A model generated the notes under the pieces. The model made no database searches and had not been told where the DNA came from. It saw only the letters and a list, made by a program, of their open reading frames with translations. Positions 8,190 through 19,902 of a stretch of DNA of 64,000 bases are shown in pieces (within the stretch, counting starts at the first letter, position 1; every line of letters starts with the position of its first letter). Made by a program: the position numbers and the translations under genes. Source of the DNA: a bacterium. GTDB lineage: Bacteria; SAR324; NAC60-12. Location: the NCBI GenBank assembly GCA_965233585.1, contig CBDDTI010000295.1, forward strand, positions 128,001-192,000. The letters run 5' to 3'.

Positions 8190-8964
8190 GGGCAGTGTTC
8201 ACTTGATATTGGCATTGCATGTGAGAGTAAATTTGAGGAATGGAAATGAGAAGTTGTCATCATTGTGGGAGTCAGACTTATATCAAGAATGGAAGTTACA
8301 AAGGGGTTCAGAGGTATCGTTGCAAGTCATGTCAGAGAGCATTCACCTCAAATGGGTTGAGAATCCCACTAGAGACCAAGCGTCAAGCCTTAGAGATGTA
8401 TGTCAATAGTGTAGGCATCAGAAAGATCGCTCGTTTTTTGCAGGTGTCTCCAACTTCTGTTCTCAACTGGATCAAAAAAGCCAGAGTGTCTCAACTTCCA
8501 AAAGACGCACCAAGTTTCCATGAACAAGTAGATAGTATAGAGATGGATGAGATCTACACTTTTGTTCAAAAAAAAGTCAAAGAGTAGCCGTTTGGACAGC
8601 CTATTCTCGTCAAGAACAATGTGTGATTGCCTTTGTGATAGGCAAAGGATTAGCAGCAGCAAAGCAGCTGTATGCACTAGTCAAAGCACAACGAGCTAGA
8701 ATTGAAACGATTTATACAGATGCCAACTCATGCTATCAAGTGGCATTTGCACAACTCCAAATTCCAGAGAACCACGAAATAGGCAAGAGAAATACTCATC
8801 TCATTGAATCTTCTAATTCTTCCATCAGAGATAACCTAGCTCGCTTGATGAGAAAATCTAAACGACATTCCAAAACTTTTGACATGCTGGAACACTCTCT
8901 ACAACTCTTCTTTGACTATAAAAGGTTTGAAAAATATCATGACAATACCAAGTGAACACTGCCC
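8190..8964 (+). mobile_element. IS1-family insertion sequence (775 bp)
   Basis: 26-bp terminal inverted repeats GGGCAGTGTTCACTTG(A/G)TATTG(G/T)CAT with 2 mismatches, enclosing InsA and InsB-like frames. Confidence 0.92.
8240..8955 (+). CDS. IS1-family transposase InsAB, predicted via -1 frameshift at A8 (8568-8575)
   Basis: Zn ribbon CHHC...YRCKSC and HTH (GIRKIARFLQVSPTSVLNW); EMDEIYTFV then the -1 frame continues WTAYSR...IYTD...IESSNSSIRDNLARL.RKSK. Confidence 0.88.
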
Positions 8965-9213
8965 GTTTTCACAGGGGTGACGTTCTTTCGCAGGAATGAC
9001 GGCAGTATAAAGACTGCGAAGCAAGTCTGGAATGACATTTTTCAAATTGAGCTATGAAAAAGGCAAAGCCTGACGTGGTAGTTTAGGAGAGAATTTTGCG
9101 AATTAGGGAATCTTTTAAAAGGTCTTGACTAGGGGGTGGTGATGGTATGTAATAATTTTTTGTTTTTAAAAGTCAGATGATTGATTCAAACCAGAAAAGT
9201 TTCAGAGCAATAA

Positions 9214-9705
9214 ATGAAAATCAAACCGATTTTAATCATTGTTATTTTATCAGCTTCTTTTATACCGTTGGAAAGTGATGCAGGGTGTGGGAGAGATGAC
9301 CATTTTTTAGGCGCTCCAGCTGGTAAAAAAATGATGTCTTCTTTTGACGTGACGTTTTTCCCAACTTTTGCATTCAGTTCTACATCAGGCACATCGGGTT
9401 GCAGAAATTGGGATTTAGTGCAAATGGAAACAGAGCAAGCTCAATGGTTGCTTGGTCAGTGGAGTCAAATGTTGGAAGACGTTGCTCGTGGTCAGCAAAA
9501 TCATACTTCTGCATTTTCCAGCCTCTTGGGGTGTCCATCTCAAGCACAGGACATTAAGCTGTCTTTACTGAATAATTATCATACATGGTCTTTAGTTCAT
9601 GCCCCTAACGATTTGAATGAGGCAAGGGAGCTTTTACAGCAACTCTCTCTTTCTTTATCTCAAAATTCAAAGATTCAAAAAATATGTTTTTCAGACGAAT
9701 TTTAA
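9214..9705 (+). CDS. Exported DUF3015-like protein
   Basis: Signal peptide; TFAFSSTSGTSGC motif; ARGQ..H..AF..LLGC. Confidence 0.65.
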   Translation: MKIKPILIIVILSASFIPLESDAGCGRDDHFLGAPAGKKMMSSFDVTFFPTFAFSSTSGTSGCRNWDLVQMETEQAQWLLGQWSQMLEDVARGQQNHTSAFSSLLGCPSQAQDIKLSLLNNYHTWSLVHAPNDLNEARELLQQLSLSLSQNSKIQKICFSDEF

Positions 9706-10178
9706 TTGTTGTGGTCGTGTTTTTGAGTTTATCTGCCCCAGCAATGGCATGTCATGAGGGAGGTGCTATGGGGTTTGCATCAGGCAATATTAATGGATTG
9801 GTGATAGATATTATTTCAATGCCAACTTTTGTGTTTGCAAGCACATCGGGTACATCAGGTTGTAAAAACTGGGAATTTGCAGAAGCAACTGAAAAAGAAC
9901 GTTACGTTGCGTTGAATTGGGAGGTTCTGGCACAAGATTCTGCAAGGAGTTCTGGCAAAAGCCTTGAAGCCTTAGCGATTCTTTCTCAATGCACTCAAGA
10001 GGCATTTGTTAGCTTTCAGAAGGCAATGCACACAAACCATCATCAGCTTTTTATAGGACAGATTCACTCACGGGAAGACTCTCAAGTGTTTTTGAGTCAA
10101 ATCCAACAACTTATTGAGAACAACCCGAAACTTTCTGTTTTATGTTTGTCGCCTCAAAACGTGAATGAGGTCAACTGA
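9684..10178 (+). CDS. Exported DUF3015-like protein (paralogue)
   Basis: Signal peptide (AMA|C); TFVFASTSGTSGC; L.QD.AR..G..L.ALA.L..C. Confidence 0.65.
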   Translation: MFFRRILIVVVVFLSLSAPAMACHEGGAMGFASGNINGLVIDIISMPTFVFASTSGTSGCKNWEFAEATEKERYVALNWEVLAQDSARSSGKSLEALAILSQCTQEAFVSFQKAMHTNHHQLFIGQIHSREDSQVFLSQIQQLIENNPKLSVLCLSPQNVNEVN

Positions 10179-10187
10179 ATCGGATTT

Positions 10188-10499
10188 TTACGATGTTTCA
10201 TCTTTGACCCAATTCAAAAAATCTGGCAATCCTTGAATGGAACATGAAACTAAACACGGATTTTCGTAGGGGTGATGTTCTTGAACAAATTCTTGTAATT
10301 CTGCAAGTCTGTGGTCAGTTGTTTTTGCAATGAGAATAGATTCCTTTTCTTGACAAAACTGACCTTGCCATTGGTAAAGAGAAGTGACATTGTCAATGAT
10401 GTTTACACAAGCAACTAAGGATTTTTTTAGGAGGGATTCTGCAAGTTGAATGGCTTGGTTATGGTTGGAAGCAGTGATATAAACAAGCTTTGCTTCCAT
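10188..10499 (-). CDS. cutA: Divalent-cation tolerance protein CutA
   Basis: LVACVNI, S.Y.WQG, HPYE.P motifs. Confidence 0.93.
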   Translation of the reverse strand: MEAKLVYITASNHNQAIQLAESLLKKSLVACVNIIDNVTSLYQWQGQFCQEKESILIAKTTDHRLAELQEFVQEHHPYENPCLVSCSIQGLPDFLNWVKDETS

Positions 10500-10501
10500 G
10501 A

Positions 10502-10894
10502 CTAGCTTCGTTTTGCAATATTCTGACGAGTGATGGCTTTGACCAGTTTCATTTCGTAATAGTCGCCTCTTTTTTCTTCTGTGGAAAGCAATTTATTCTG
10601 GGCTTTCTTTTCAGCAGTTTTAGCACGATCTAAGTCTATTTCATTAGCTAACTCTGCAATGTCTGCCAAGACAATCACTTCATTATTTTCCACAGATGCA
10701 CAACCCCAATGCACAGCAACAAAATAAGTTTTTTCTTGATCTTGATACGAAAGGACTCCTGAATTTAAATTGGTAATCAAAGGAGCATGTTCTGGCAAGA
10801 TGGTCATTTCTCCAAGTTCACCGGGCAGTGTGACCCACTTGACTGAATCTGAAGAGACAAGACTTCTGTGAGGTGAAAGGAGTGAAAGCTTCAT
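10502..10894 (-). CDS. atpC: ATP synthase epsilon subunit
   Basis: LPGELGEM.ILPEHAPLI; EIDLDRA. Confidence 0.95.
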   Translation of the reverse strand: MKLSLLSPHRSLVSSDSVKWVTLPGELGEMTILPEHAPLITNLNSGVLSYQDQEKTYFVAVHWGCASVENNEVIVLADIAELANEIDLDRAKTAEKKAQNKLLSTEEKRGDYYEMKLVKAITRQNIAKRS

Positions 10895-10906
10895 AAATGG
10901 CTGGAG

Positions 10907-12337
<1,431 letters not shown>

Positions 12338-13189
12338 TTATAAACTCTCTGCACCACTGACAATCTCAATCAACTCTTTAGTGATTGCGGCTTGCCGTGT
12401 ACGATTGTAAAAGAGCTGGAGCTTCTTGATCAATTCTCCAGCGTTGTTTGTTGCCGCATCCATTGCTGTCATGCGGGAGGCATGTTCGCCTGCAAAGGTA
12501 CTCAACAATGCGATATAGGCACGGTTTTCAATGTAACGTTTTAGTAAAGTATTAGCAATGGCAGATGCTGAAGGGGGTTCAAGGATCAACTGAGAATTTG
12601 ATTTAACTTCAGATGTTGGGGGCTTCACAGGTAGAATCTGCTCAAACGTATGGGTTTGAGTCAACGCATTTTTAAAATACATGTAGGAGAGAAAAACTTG
12701 GCTCAAAGTTCCCTCTTCAAATTGACTTGCGTAGTCCCAAATGGTTTTTCTTAATTTTTGGATTTGTAGGTCTGTACTTAAACTATGCTCACTTTGAACA
12801 ATTTCAAACGGAGTGCGATTAAAAAAATCTTTAGCTTTGCGACCAAACGTGCAGATTTGAGGTTTTTGCAAGTGAGACTTTTCTATATGATTCAGAGTTT
12901 CTTTGCATAGAACTGTATTGAAATTGCCACACAATCCCCTGTCAGAAGAAATGACAATTACAATAGATTTATCACCAACACCCTGCTTAAAAAGAGGGTG
13001 TCCTTCTGATAAATCTGCACAGACTTTGGAAGAAAGTCTTTCTAATTGGGAGGCATAAGGAAAGGCTAGCTTGAACTGGTCTTCAGCACGTTTGAGCTTG
13101 GCGGCTGAGACCATTTTCATAGCACTGGTGATCTTTTGTGTGTTTTTGACACTAACAATTCTGTTTCGTATTTCCTTTAAACTAGCCAC
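12338..13189 (-). CDS. atpG: ATP synthase gamma subunit
   Basis: KITSAMKMVSAAK, SDRGLCGNFN, RQAAITKELIEIVSGA. Confidence 0.98.
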   Translation of the reverse strand: MASLKEIRNRIVSVKNTQKITSAMKMVSAAKLKRAEDQFKLAFPYASQLERLSSKVCADLSEGHPLFKQGVGDKSIVIVISSDRGLCGNFNTVLCKETLNHIEKSHLQKPQICTFGRKAKDFFNRTPFEIVQSEHSLSTDLQIQKLRKTIWDYASQFEEGTLSQVFLSYMYFKNALTQTHTFEQILPVKPPTSEVKSNSQLILEPPSASAIANTLLKRYIENRAYIALLSTFAGEHASRMTAMDAATNNAGELIKKLQLFYNRTRQAAITKELIEIVSGAESL

Positions 13190-13205
13190 TGATGCCCTTT
13201 AAAAT

Positions 13206-14720
13206 TTAGTTGGAGAAATTGGAATGAAATCGTTTGATATGGTCTGTCAATTTTTGTTTGAGGTCATCATCAATCGCTTTCTTTTCCTCTAATGAAGAGC
13301 GAATCTGTTTTGCGTCTTCATCAGAATTAAAAAACGCCAGTAGCTGTTGTTCAAACTGATTGATAGAGGTCAAAGGTAAATCGTCAAGCCAACCTTGAGT
13401 TGCTGCAAAAATAGCAATCACTTGGTCAACTCCTTTCAAAGGGGCATACTGACCTTGTTTCAAGGATTCTACCAAACGTTGTCCACGAGCCAGCTGTTTT
13501 TGGGTAGCTACGTCTAGGTCTGACCCAAATTGGGCAAAGGCTTCTTTCTCTCTAAATTGAGCCAAATCCAGTCTTAACGTTCCTGCCACTTGTTTCATTG
13601 CTTTTAACTGTGCGGCACCTCCAACTCTGGAGACCGAAAGCCCAACATTGATTGCAGGACGAATCCCTGAATTAAAGAGTTCGCTTGAGAGAAAGATTTG
13701 ACCGTCAGTAATTGAGATGACATTGGTTGGGATATAAGCAGAAACATCACCTGCCTGTGTTTCAATAATGGGTAATGCTGTGAGCGAACCTGCTCCTAAA
13801 TCATCGTTTAATTTGCAAGCTCTTTCTAGCAAGCGACTATGAAGATAAAAGACATCGCCCGGATAGGCTTCTCTTCCCGGTGGACGCCTTAACAACAGAG
13901 ATAATTGCCGATATGCCACTGCTTGCTTAGAAAGGTCGTCATAAATGCAAAGGACATGCTTACCTTGGTCTCTGAAGTATTCGCCCATACTTACGCCAGA
14001 ATATGGGGCAAGAAATTGCAGAGGCGCAGATTCAGAAGCTGTTGCAGAAACAACAATCGTATAATCCATGGCACCATGGTCTTGGAGTTTTTGAACGATT
14101 TGAGCCATCGTAGATCGTTTTTGACCAATCCCAACGTAGATGCAAATCATATCACCACCTTTCTGGTTGATGATGGCATCTACTGCCAATGCAGTTTTTC
14201 CTGTTTGTCTGTCACCAATGATCAGCTCACGTTGTCCTCGTCCGATCGGAACCATAGAGTCAATGGCTTTCATGCCTGTTTCCATCGGTTGATGCACAGA
14301 TTTTCTTGCAACAATACCCGGAGCAATGACTTCAATCCTGCGTGTTGCTTTGGTGGGAATCGCCCCTTTTCCGTCAATGGGTTTGCCTAGAGGGTCAACG
14401 ACCCGCCCCAGCATTTCATCACCAACAGGGATTTCTGCAAGTCTTCCTGTTTTCTTAACTTCCTCACCTTCCTTGATATTGCGGTCACTACCAAAGATGA
14501 CAATACCCACATTGTCCTCCTCCAAATTGAGAGCCATGCCAATAGTCTGGTCTGAAAATTCTACAAGTTCACCTGCAGAAATATTATCTAATCCGTGAAC
14601 ACGTGCAATTCCATCTCCGACTTGCAGGACGGTACCCGTTTCTAAATGAACTGGTGAAACATCAAACTGTTCTATTTGCTTTTGAATAATGGAGCTAATT
14701 TCTTCTGCTCTAATTTTCAT
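13206..14720 (-). CDS. atpA: ATP synthase alpha subunit
   Basis: [30 protein letters not shown]. Confidence 0.99.
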   Translation of the reverse strand: MKIRAEEISSIIQKQIEQFDVSPVHLETGTVLQVGDGIARVHGLDNISAGELVEFSDQTIGMALNLEEDNVGIVIFGSDRNIKEGEEVKKTGRLAEIPVGDEMLGRVVDPLGKPIDGKGAIPTKATRRIEVIAPGIVARKSVHQPMETGMKAIDSMVPIGRGQRELIIGDRQTGKTALAVDAIINQKGGDMICIYVGIGQKRSTMAQIVQKLQDHGAMDYTIVVSATASESAPLQFLAPYSGVSMGEYFRDQGKHVLCIYDDLSKQAVAYRQLSLLLRRPPGREAYPGDVFYLHSRLLERACKLNDDLGAGSLTALPIIETQAGDVSAYIPTNVISITDGQIFLSSELFNSGIRPAINVGLSVSRVGGAAQLKAMKQVAGTLRLDLAQFREKEAFAQFGSDLDVATQKQLARGQRLVESLKQGQYAPLKGVDQVIAIFAATQGWLDDLPLTSINQFEQQLLAFFNSDEDAKQIRSSLEEKKAIDDDLKQKLTDHIKRFHSNFSN

Positions 14721-14726
14721 AATTTT

Positions 14727-15269
14727 TTAACCTTTCACAATAGATTGCCTAATACGATCCAATCTCCCTTTGGTGCTTCCATCAATAACCACTGAACCTG
14801 AACGAATCATTGATCCCCCAATGATAGAGTGGTCAACTAGATTGACAACTTCTACTTCCTTTTTAAAATAGTTTGAAGCAATTTTAACTAATTTTTGAAG
14901 GTCTTCTTGGGAAAGAGGAGATGCGGAAATAATTTGAACTTGGACTTTGCCAGCTGCAGCACGAGCAATCTCAATGAATGCTTGAGATGCTGCATCTATA
15001 AGGCGGATTCTCTTTTTAAAAAATAAAAACTTGAGAAACTTAATGGACAAGGGTGAGATTTTAAGTTTTTCTAAAGACTGAATCAAAATCGTTTCCCTCT
15101 GCTGAAAAGGAATTTGCCCATTTTGTAAAACATTTTGCAATTCTGAAGACTCTTGAAAGAGTTCACAGACAAGAGCCAAGTCGTGTTGAACTGTCTCTAC
15201 TACTTTTTCTTGAGAGGCAATTTGAAAAAAAGCCTTGGCATATCTTTTTCCGATTAAAGTTTGGCTCAA
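14727..15269 (-). CDS. atpH: ATP synthase delta subunit
   Basis: RYAKA; VD.SIIGG..I..G..VIDGS. Confidence 0.95.
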   Translation of the reverse strand: MSQTLIGKRYAKAFFQIASQEKVVETVQHDLALVCELFQESSELQNVLQNGQIPFQQRETILIQSLEKLKISPLSIKFLKFLFFKKRIRLIDAASQAFIEIARAAAGKVQVQIISASPLSQEDLQKLVKIASNYFKKEVEVVNLVDHSIIGGSMIRSGSVVIDGSTKGRLDRIRQSIVKG

Positions 15270-15278
15270 AGCAGACTC

Positions 15279-15824
15279 CTACGCTGAAACGTTTTTGTAT
15301 TGTGTGACAACATCTCCGAGTTGTGGGAGTTCCTTAAGTTTGCCTCCTACGTCTTCTACAAGATGACATGCTGCCCATTCCAAGAGGTCAGCCTGCGCTT
15401 TTGAGTATCCATGTTGAATGGTCTGAATAGCCTGTTCCTTCATTTTTTCTGAACGTAATTGAGCCTCGGCAATGATCTTTCGTTCTTCATTGGCAGCATT
15501 CAAACGAGCTTCAGCCAGAATGGTCTCTGATTCTGTCTTATATTCATCTAACTCCCGTTTTTTTAAGGACAGCTCTTTTTCTAGGTATTCCAGACGTTGT
15601 TCCACTTGAGAGATGTCCTCTTTTTCTGCAACAGCTTTTTGACGAATCATGGCTGATACAGGCTTTTTAGCAAAGAAAACAATGATTCCTACCAAAGCGG
15701 TGAAATTTATCACTTTGTAGGCGAAGTCCAGTATGGGGCTTCCTGATTCTCCTGCTGCATAGGCAACTTGAGTGAAAAACACAAAACTGATCAATAAGCA
15801 ACGGAGTATCATATTTGGGGACAT
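15279..15824 (-). CDS. atpF: ATP synthase subunit b
   Basis: KVINF TM anchor followed by coiled coil; position in the operon. Confidence 0.85.
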   Translation of the reverse strand: MSPNMILRCLLISFVFFTQVAYAAGESGSPILDFAYKVINFTALVGIIVFFAKKPVSAMIRQKAVAEKEDISQVEQRLEYLEKELSLKKRELDEYKTESETILAEARLNAANEERKIIAEAQLRSEKMKEQAIQTIQHGYSKAQADLLEWAACHLVEDVGGKLKELPQLGDVVTQYKNVSA

Positions 15825-15825
15825 A

Positions 15826-16314
15826 TCAGCAGGCTACTCTCTTTTGTAGGGTTTGTTTAAGCGGCTGTATCTCGTCTTGAAGAGCTTGTAAGGCAAGTTG
15901 AAATTCAGACTCTATTTCAGATTGTGCTTGTTCTAGCAGTTGTTTATTTTCTCTTTGAGAATCTCGCAAAATGGCAGCAGATGCTTCTTTGGCAGAATGC
16001 TGAGCTGCGTGATAAATTTGAGCCACCTTTTCCCTGTTAAGGTTTTTTTGAGACTGCAAGTCTTCTGAAACTTTTTGAAGCTCCTTTTCTAAAACCTGAA
16101 TAGAGGTTTGATTTTTTTGAAGAGTGTTTTTGCGATGGTCAATAGTCTTGAGTACGGGCTTAAACAAGAGTTGGTTCAACAAGAGAATCATGCTGAGCAG
16201 AATGAACAAGACGAAAATTGGGGTTGCCAACTGCAAATGGAGCAATCCATAATCCATATTAAATCCAAACCAAGCATTCTCTGTAAAAATGCTTCGGATT
16301 TGCTCATAACTCAT
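15826..16314 (-). CDS. ATP synthase subunit b'
   Basis: TM segment ending LN.LLFKPVL..I..R followed by coiled coil; first gene of the operon. Confidence 0.8.
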   Translation of the reverse strand: MSYEQIRSIFTENAWFGFNMDYGLLHLQLATPIFVLFILLSMILLLNQLLFKPVLKTIDHRKNTLQKNQTSIQVLEKELQKVSEDLQSQKNLNREKVAQIYHAAQHSAKEASAAILRDSQRENKQLLEQAQSEIESEFQLALQALQDEIQPLKQTLQKRVAC

Positions 16315-16352
16315 AGGACTTTCACTTTCTAAATCAGACCAAAAAACCCAAC

Positions 16353-16382
16353 ATTGTAGTATGCAGAAATGAAGGAAGTCAA
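16353..16382 (-). promoter_or_regulatory. Putative sigma70 promoter of the atp operon
   Basis: TTGACT-N18-TACAAT overlapping the recB stop codon. Confidence 0.5.
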
Positions 16383-19375
16383 GTTTTTTTCTGACTCAAA
16401 TCTTTTTGGGAAAATTCCTGCACTTTGTCCCACGAAAGTTTCTGAAAATAAATGCCTTGATTCTGCAATAACCCTCTTAAAAAAATATAAAAACAACCGC
16501 CAATTTTTTCTTGAAAATCCTGTTTATTGTTAATTTGCAACCAATACTTGATCGCTTGTGAATAGATTCTAATTTGTAGGTCATAATGTTTTTGGGTCTC
16601 TTTTTTTAAAGCAGGTTCTTCATAACTTTCTAACAAATTGCTTTTCCAATCTACAAAATAGACTTGATCTTGGTATTCAAAAACTAAATCAATTGCCCCA
16701 TTCAATAGTTGTTTCCCATGATGCTTTAGGATAAATCTTGGTTCTCTCACCTGTTTAATGGTCTCGCACAAAGACCAATCTAAATCTGTGAGCTTGTTTG
16801 TCCATGCCTTCCAGATGATGTCTAAAGACGTTGCTTCAAACTCTGTTGAGATTCCATACTTTCGCATCAACTCTGCAATCCATTCCTCAGAGTCTTTTTT
16901 CCATGCCTCTACTTGATTGTTTGGAAAATACTTTTTGAGAGTTGCAATATCCACATTTTCAAGGGCTTCATGCAAAAAATTTCCTGTGTTCACTCCTTTG
17001 GGTAGCTCTGCCTCCTGCTGATGATCGTTTGAATCAAGAATATGTGTTTGATTTGCATCAGATTCCAAAGCATCACCTTGGCTTGATTCAGTTTGGATTG
17101 TTTGCTGACGAGATAAGCTAGTATAAGATCCCATCAGGAAAGGGTTTTGTTGTTCTTGTAATTTGACTTGAGAAGGTGTTTTTAGATTCAGTTGAATATT
17201 TGGAAGTTGTGTTAAAGTTGCTTCTTCTTTGGGAGGGGAAGAGTTTTTTGGAAAATTCTCAAAAGAAAAATTATTTTTTTCTTTGAGTTTTTCAAGTTCT
17301 TGGCAAAACTCACCGTAAAAACTGTTGTAACCTCTTTTGTTTTGATATTTTTTCAGAATGGGGAGGTACAACATGTTTTTGGCTCGTGTGCATGCAACGT
17401 AGGTTAAATTCAGCAATTCTTGGTCTAGTTCAATTTGTAGTTTCTGCTTTCGTTCTTCTGACATTTGGGAGTCAAAATAAATTTTCCTTTCGTCTCCATC
17501 ATGGATAATTGACCAGCCTTGAGATTGTTTCTTTTCATGCCATAGTCCAAAAACAAAGACATGTGAAAACTCTAATCCCTTAGAGGCATGAATGGTCATG
17601 ATGAGGACTTGATGATGTTGCAATGGTGTTACATTTTCTTGGTCAGTTTCATCATCAATGAATTGTGATTCTTTTTGGATAGACCTTTTTAGAATGAGTA
17701 ATAAAGCATCAATATGAGTTGTTTCTTGAACAGACCAATTTATGATAGATTCTACAATTTTTTGATAATTACTAAGGCTTTCTAGTTTGCCTTGTAAGAC
17801 ACAATTTTCTGCGAGATTGGTTGCTTGAAATAAATCCTGAAAAAGCTGGCTGTATTCTCCTTTGCTTGCTCTCAAAGCCCAATGAGACCACTGATAATCA
17901 TCTAAAAGGGGTTGGACTTCTTGAATTGACTGTTGTTTGGGGTTAAATAGGTATGTGAAATGTAATTTATATTGATTTTCTTGATTGATAAGAGCCTCTA
18001 AAAAGTAATAAATATCTCTAGCTTCTGGTGTTTGGAACAAGGCACTTTGCTTATAAAAAGAATAAGGGATTCCTTTGTTTTTAAGTTGTTTAGCAATGTC
18101 CTGTCCTTGCTTTTTAGTTCTCACTAAAACGGCTATTTGTTCTTTATCTGGCAAAACGTTATCTTGCAATAATTGCTGAATTTTCAAAGCAACACTTTGA
18201 ATGATATGACTTTCGTTATTTTTTTTGTCATCTTCAGCATTGTTCAGCCAAATCTCAATGCCTGTTTGGCAATTTGGCTGTGATTCCTGCCCCTTGCCTG
18301 ATTTGACCTCAACATTGGCGAAACACTCTTGAAATTTGGGATTTGTGGTATATCTTTGAAAGATTTGATTTATGACACAAATTAGTTCGGGAGTAGAACG
18401 AAAATTTTGATCCAAAATAATGGGGTTACGTCCTTGAAGAAGTTCTTGTTTTGCCTTTTTATAAGTTTCAATATCTCCTCCTTTGAAACGATAAATGGCT
18501 TGCTTTGGATCCCCAACAACAAAGAGTTTTGTAGAATCGGAGACAAACAATTTTTTTAAAATATTCCACTGCTTCAAATCTGTGTCTTGAAATTCATCAA
18601 TAATGACATATTGAAATCGTTGCCGTACCGCATGAACAAACAAAGACTTTTTTATCGCTTCTTCTGCTGTTGAAAGCATATCGTCAAATGTCCAAACGCC
18701 TAAACCATGTTTATAATCTTTCCATTGACTAGCAAGGGTTTGACAAATGGTTGGTATCAATTCTTTTTTGGACGCACAGGCAACTTCTCCTTGTTCAGAT
18801 AAAAAAGACAAAATATCACTTGGCAATCTTTTAAATTGAGAGTTGTTTTGGTCTTCAACAAATTTTGCCAGTAAATCTCTAATGGTTTGGTTTTGGAGAC
18901 TGTGAACCCATGATAAAAAGAATTTTGTAAATCCTGCATCGTGAGTGATTTGAGGGTCAAGCATCAGAGAGCAAATCAATGCAAATTCTTTGGTCATTCT
19001 GGCACAAAAACTGTGGATTGTTCCAATGAAAGCTGAATCAAAATCATTGAGAGCGTTTGACAACAGAAGTTGTTTAGCATCGTCAATGATCCAACGTGTT
19101 TGGTGAGTGGGTGCAGAATGTTCTTGTGAGTCTTCTCCTGCAAGCATTTTTTCAATTCGCAATCGGACTCTGTTTTTGAGTTCTGTAGCAGCTTTTTCTG
19201 TGTAGGTGATCAATAAAATCTGGCTTAAATTGGCACCCTTTTCCAAAATGAGTTCTACGATGATTTGTTCAATGGTATAGGTCTTACCAGTGCCTGCTGA
19301 TGCCTCAATGACTTGATGATGATCAAAATCTAATTTTTGTATGGCATCTGCTTTATCAAAGGAACGAGCTGACAT
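16379..19375 (-). CDS. recB: RecB-type helicase-nuclease
   Basis: IEASAGTGKTYTI, IDEFQDTD, VGDPKQAIYRF.G.D, MTIHASKGLEF, YVACTRA; C-terminal nuclease G.IDLVF...VDWKSN. Confidence 0.88.
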   Translation of the reverse strand: MSARSFDKADAIQKLDFDHHQVIEASAGTGKTYTIEQIIVELILEKGANLSQILLITYTEKAATELKNRVRLRIEKMLAGEDSQEHSAPTHQTRWIIDDAKQLLLSNALNDFDSAFIGTIHSFCARMTKEFALICSLMLDPQITHDAGFTKFFLSWVHSLQNQTIRDLLAKFVEDQNNSQFKRLPSDILSFLSEQGEVACASKKELIPTICQTLASQWKDYKHGLGVWTFDDMLSTAEEAIKKSLFVHAVRQRFQYVIIDEFQDTDLKQWNILKKLFVSDSTKLFVVGDPKQAIYRFKGGDIETYKKAKQELLQGRNPIILDQNFRSTPELICVINQIFQRYTTNPKFQECFANVEVKSGKGQESQPNCQTGIEIWLNNAEDDKKNNESHIIQSVALKIQQLLQDNVLPDKEQIAVLVRTKKQGQDIAKQLKNKGIPYSFYKQSALFQTPEARDIYYFLEALINQENQYKLHFTYLFNPKQQSIQEVQPLLDDYQWSHWALRASKGEYSQLFQDLFQATNLAENCVLQGKLESLSNYQKIVESIINWSVQETTHIDALLLILKRSIQKESQFIDDETDQENVTPLQHHQVLIMTIHASKGLEFSHVFVFGLWHEKKQSQGWSIIHDGDERKIYFDSQMSEERKQKLQIELDQELLNLTYVACTRAKNMLYLPILKKYQNKRGYNSFYGEFCQELEKLKEKNNFSFENFPKNSSPPKEEATLTQLPNIQLNLKTPSQVKLQEQQNPFLMGSYTSLSRQQTIQTESSQGDALESDANQTHILDSNDHQQEAELPKGVNTGNFLHEALENVDIATLKKYFPNNQVEAWKKDSEEWIAELMRKYGISTEFEATSLDIIWKAWTNKLTDLDWSLCETIKQVREPRFILKHHGKQLLNGAIDLVFEYQDQVYFVDWKSNLLESYEEPALKKETQKHYDLQIRIYSQAIKYWLQINNKQDFQEKIGGCFYIFLRGLLQNQGIYFQKLSWDKVQEFSQKDLSQKKT

Positions 19376-19400
19376 TAGAGAACTGAGAAGGAATCAAGCG

Positions 19401-19428
19401 GAAGGAAGAAAGGAAGCCTAGACTTCCT
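19401..19428 (-). terminator. Putative intrinsic terminator after rplQ
   Basis: AGGAAG-TCTAGG-CTTCCT followed by a pyrimidine tract on the - strand. Confidence 0.5.
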
Positions 19429-19443
19429 GAAATTTGGGAGGTT

Positions 19444-19893
19444 TTATTTCTCTTCTGTGACTTCTTTGTTAACTTCTTGCAAGACAGAAGGAGTCTTAGG
19501 TTTTGAAGGTTTTTTACTAGCTAAAGGGTCTTTTGCTCCATCAACTAAAAGAATTAAAGACATCTCTGAAGAGTCACCTAATTTACGAGTTCCCAAACGA
19601 ATGATTCTTGTGTAGCCTCCTTGACGTGAAGTATATCGTTCAGGTAGTTCTTCAAATAACGTCTTCATTGCTTGCTTAGATTTGACAAAACGAAGAGCCT
19701 GCTTTCGGGCATGCAAATTCCCACGTTTGCCCAAAGTAATCATTTTGTCAACATAGCGACGTAACTCTTTTGCTTTTGGCGTAGTGCATGTGATTTGTTC
19801 ATTTTCAAGCAATGACGTGACCATGTTACGCATCATTGCTTTGCGATGAGATGTTGTTACACCAAGTCTTCTACCAGATTTTAAATGACGCAT
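19444..19893 (-). CDS. rplQ: 50S ribosomal protein L17
   Basis: MRHLKSGRRLG..SHRKA; GGYTRII. Confidence 0.98.
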   Translation of the reverse strand: MRHLKSGRRLGVTTSHRKAMMRNMVTSLLENEQITCTTPKAKELRRYVDKMITLGKRGNLHARKQALRFVKSKQAMKTLFEELPERYTSRQGGYTRIIRLGTRKLGDSSEMSLILLVDGAKDPLASKKPSKPKTPSVLQEVNKEVTEEK

Positions 19894-19902
19894 CTTATCT
19901 TT

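Noticed and set aside
13905..14598. Long antisense ORFs in atpA, and similar ones in fliD, tuf, fusA, hslU, secY and paa genes
   Set aside because: Shadow frames of conserved genes with no independent coding signal.
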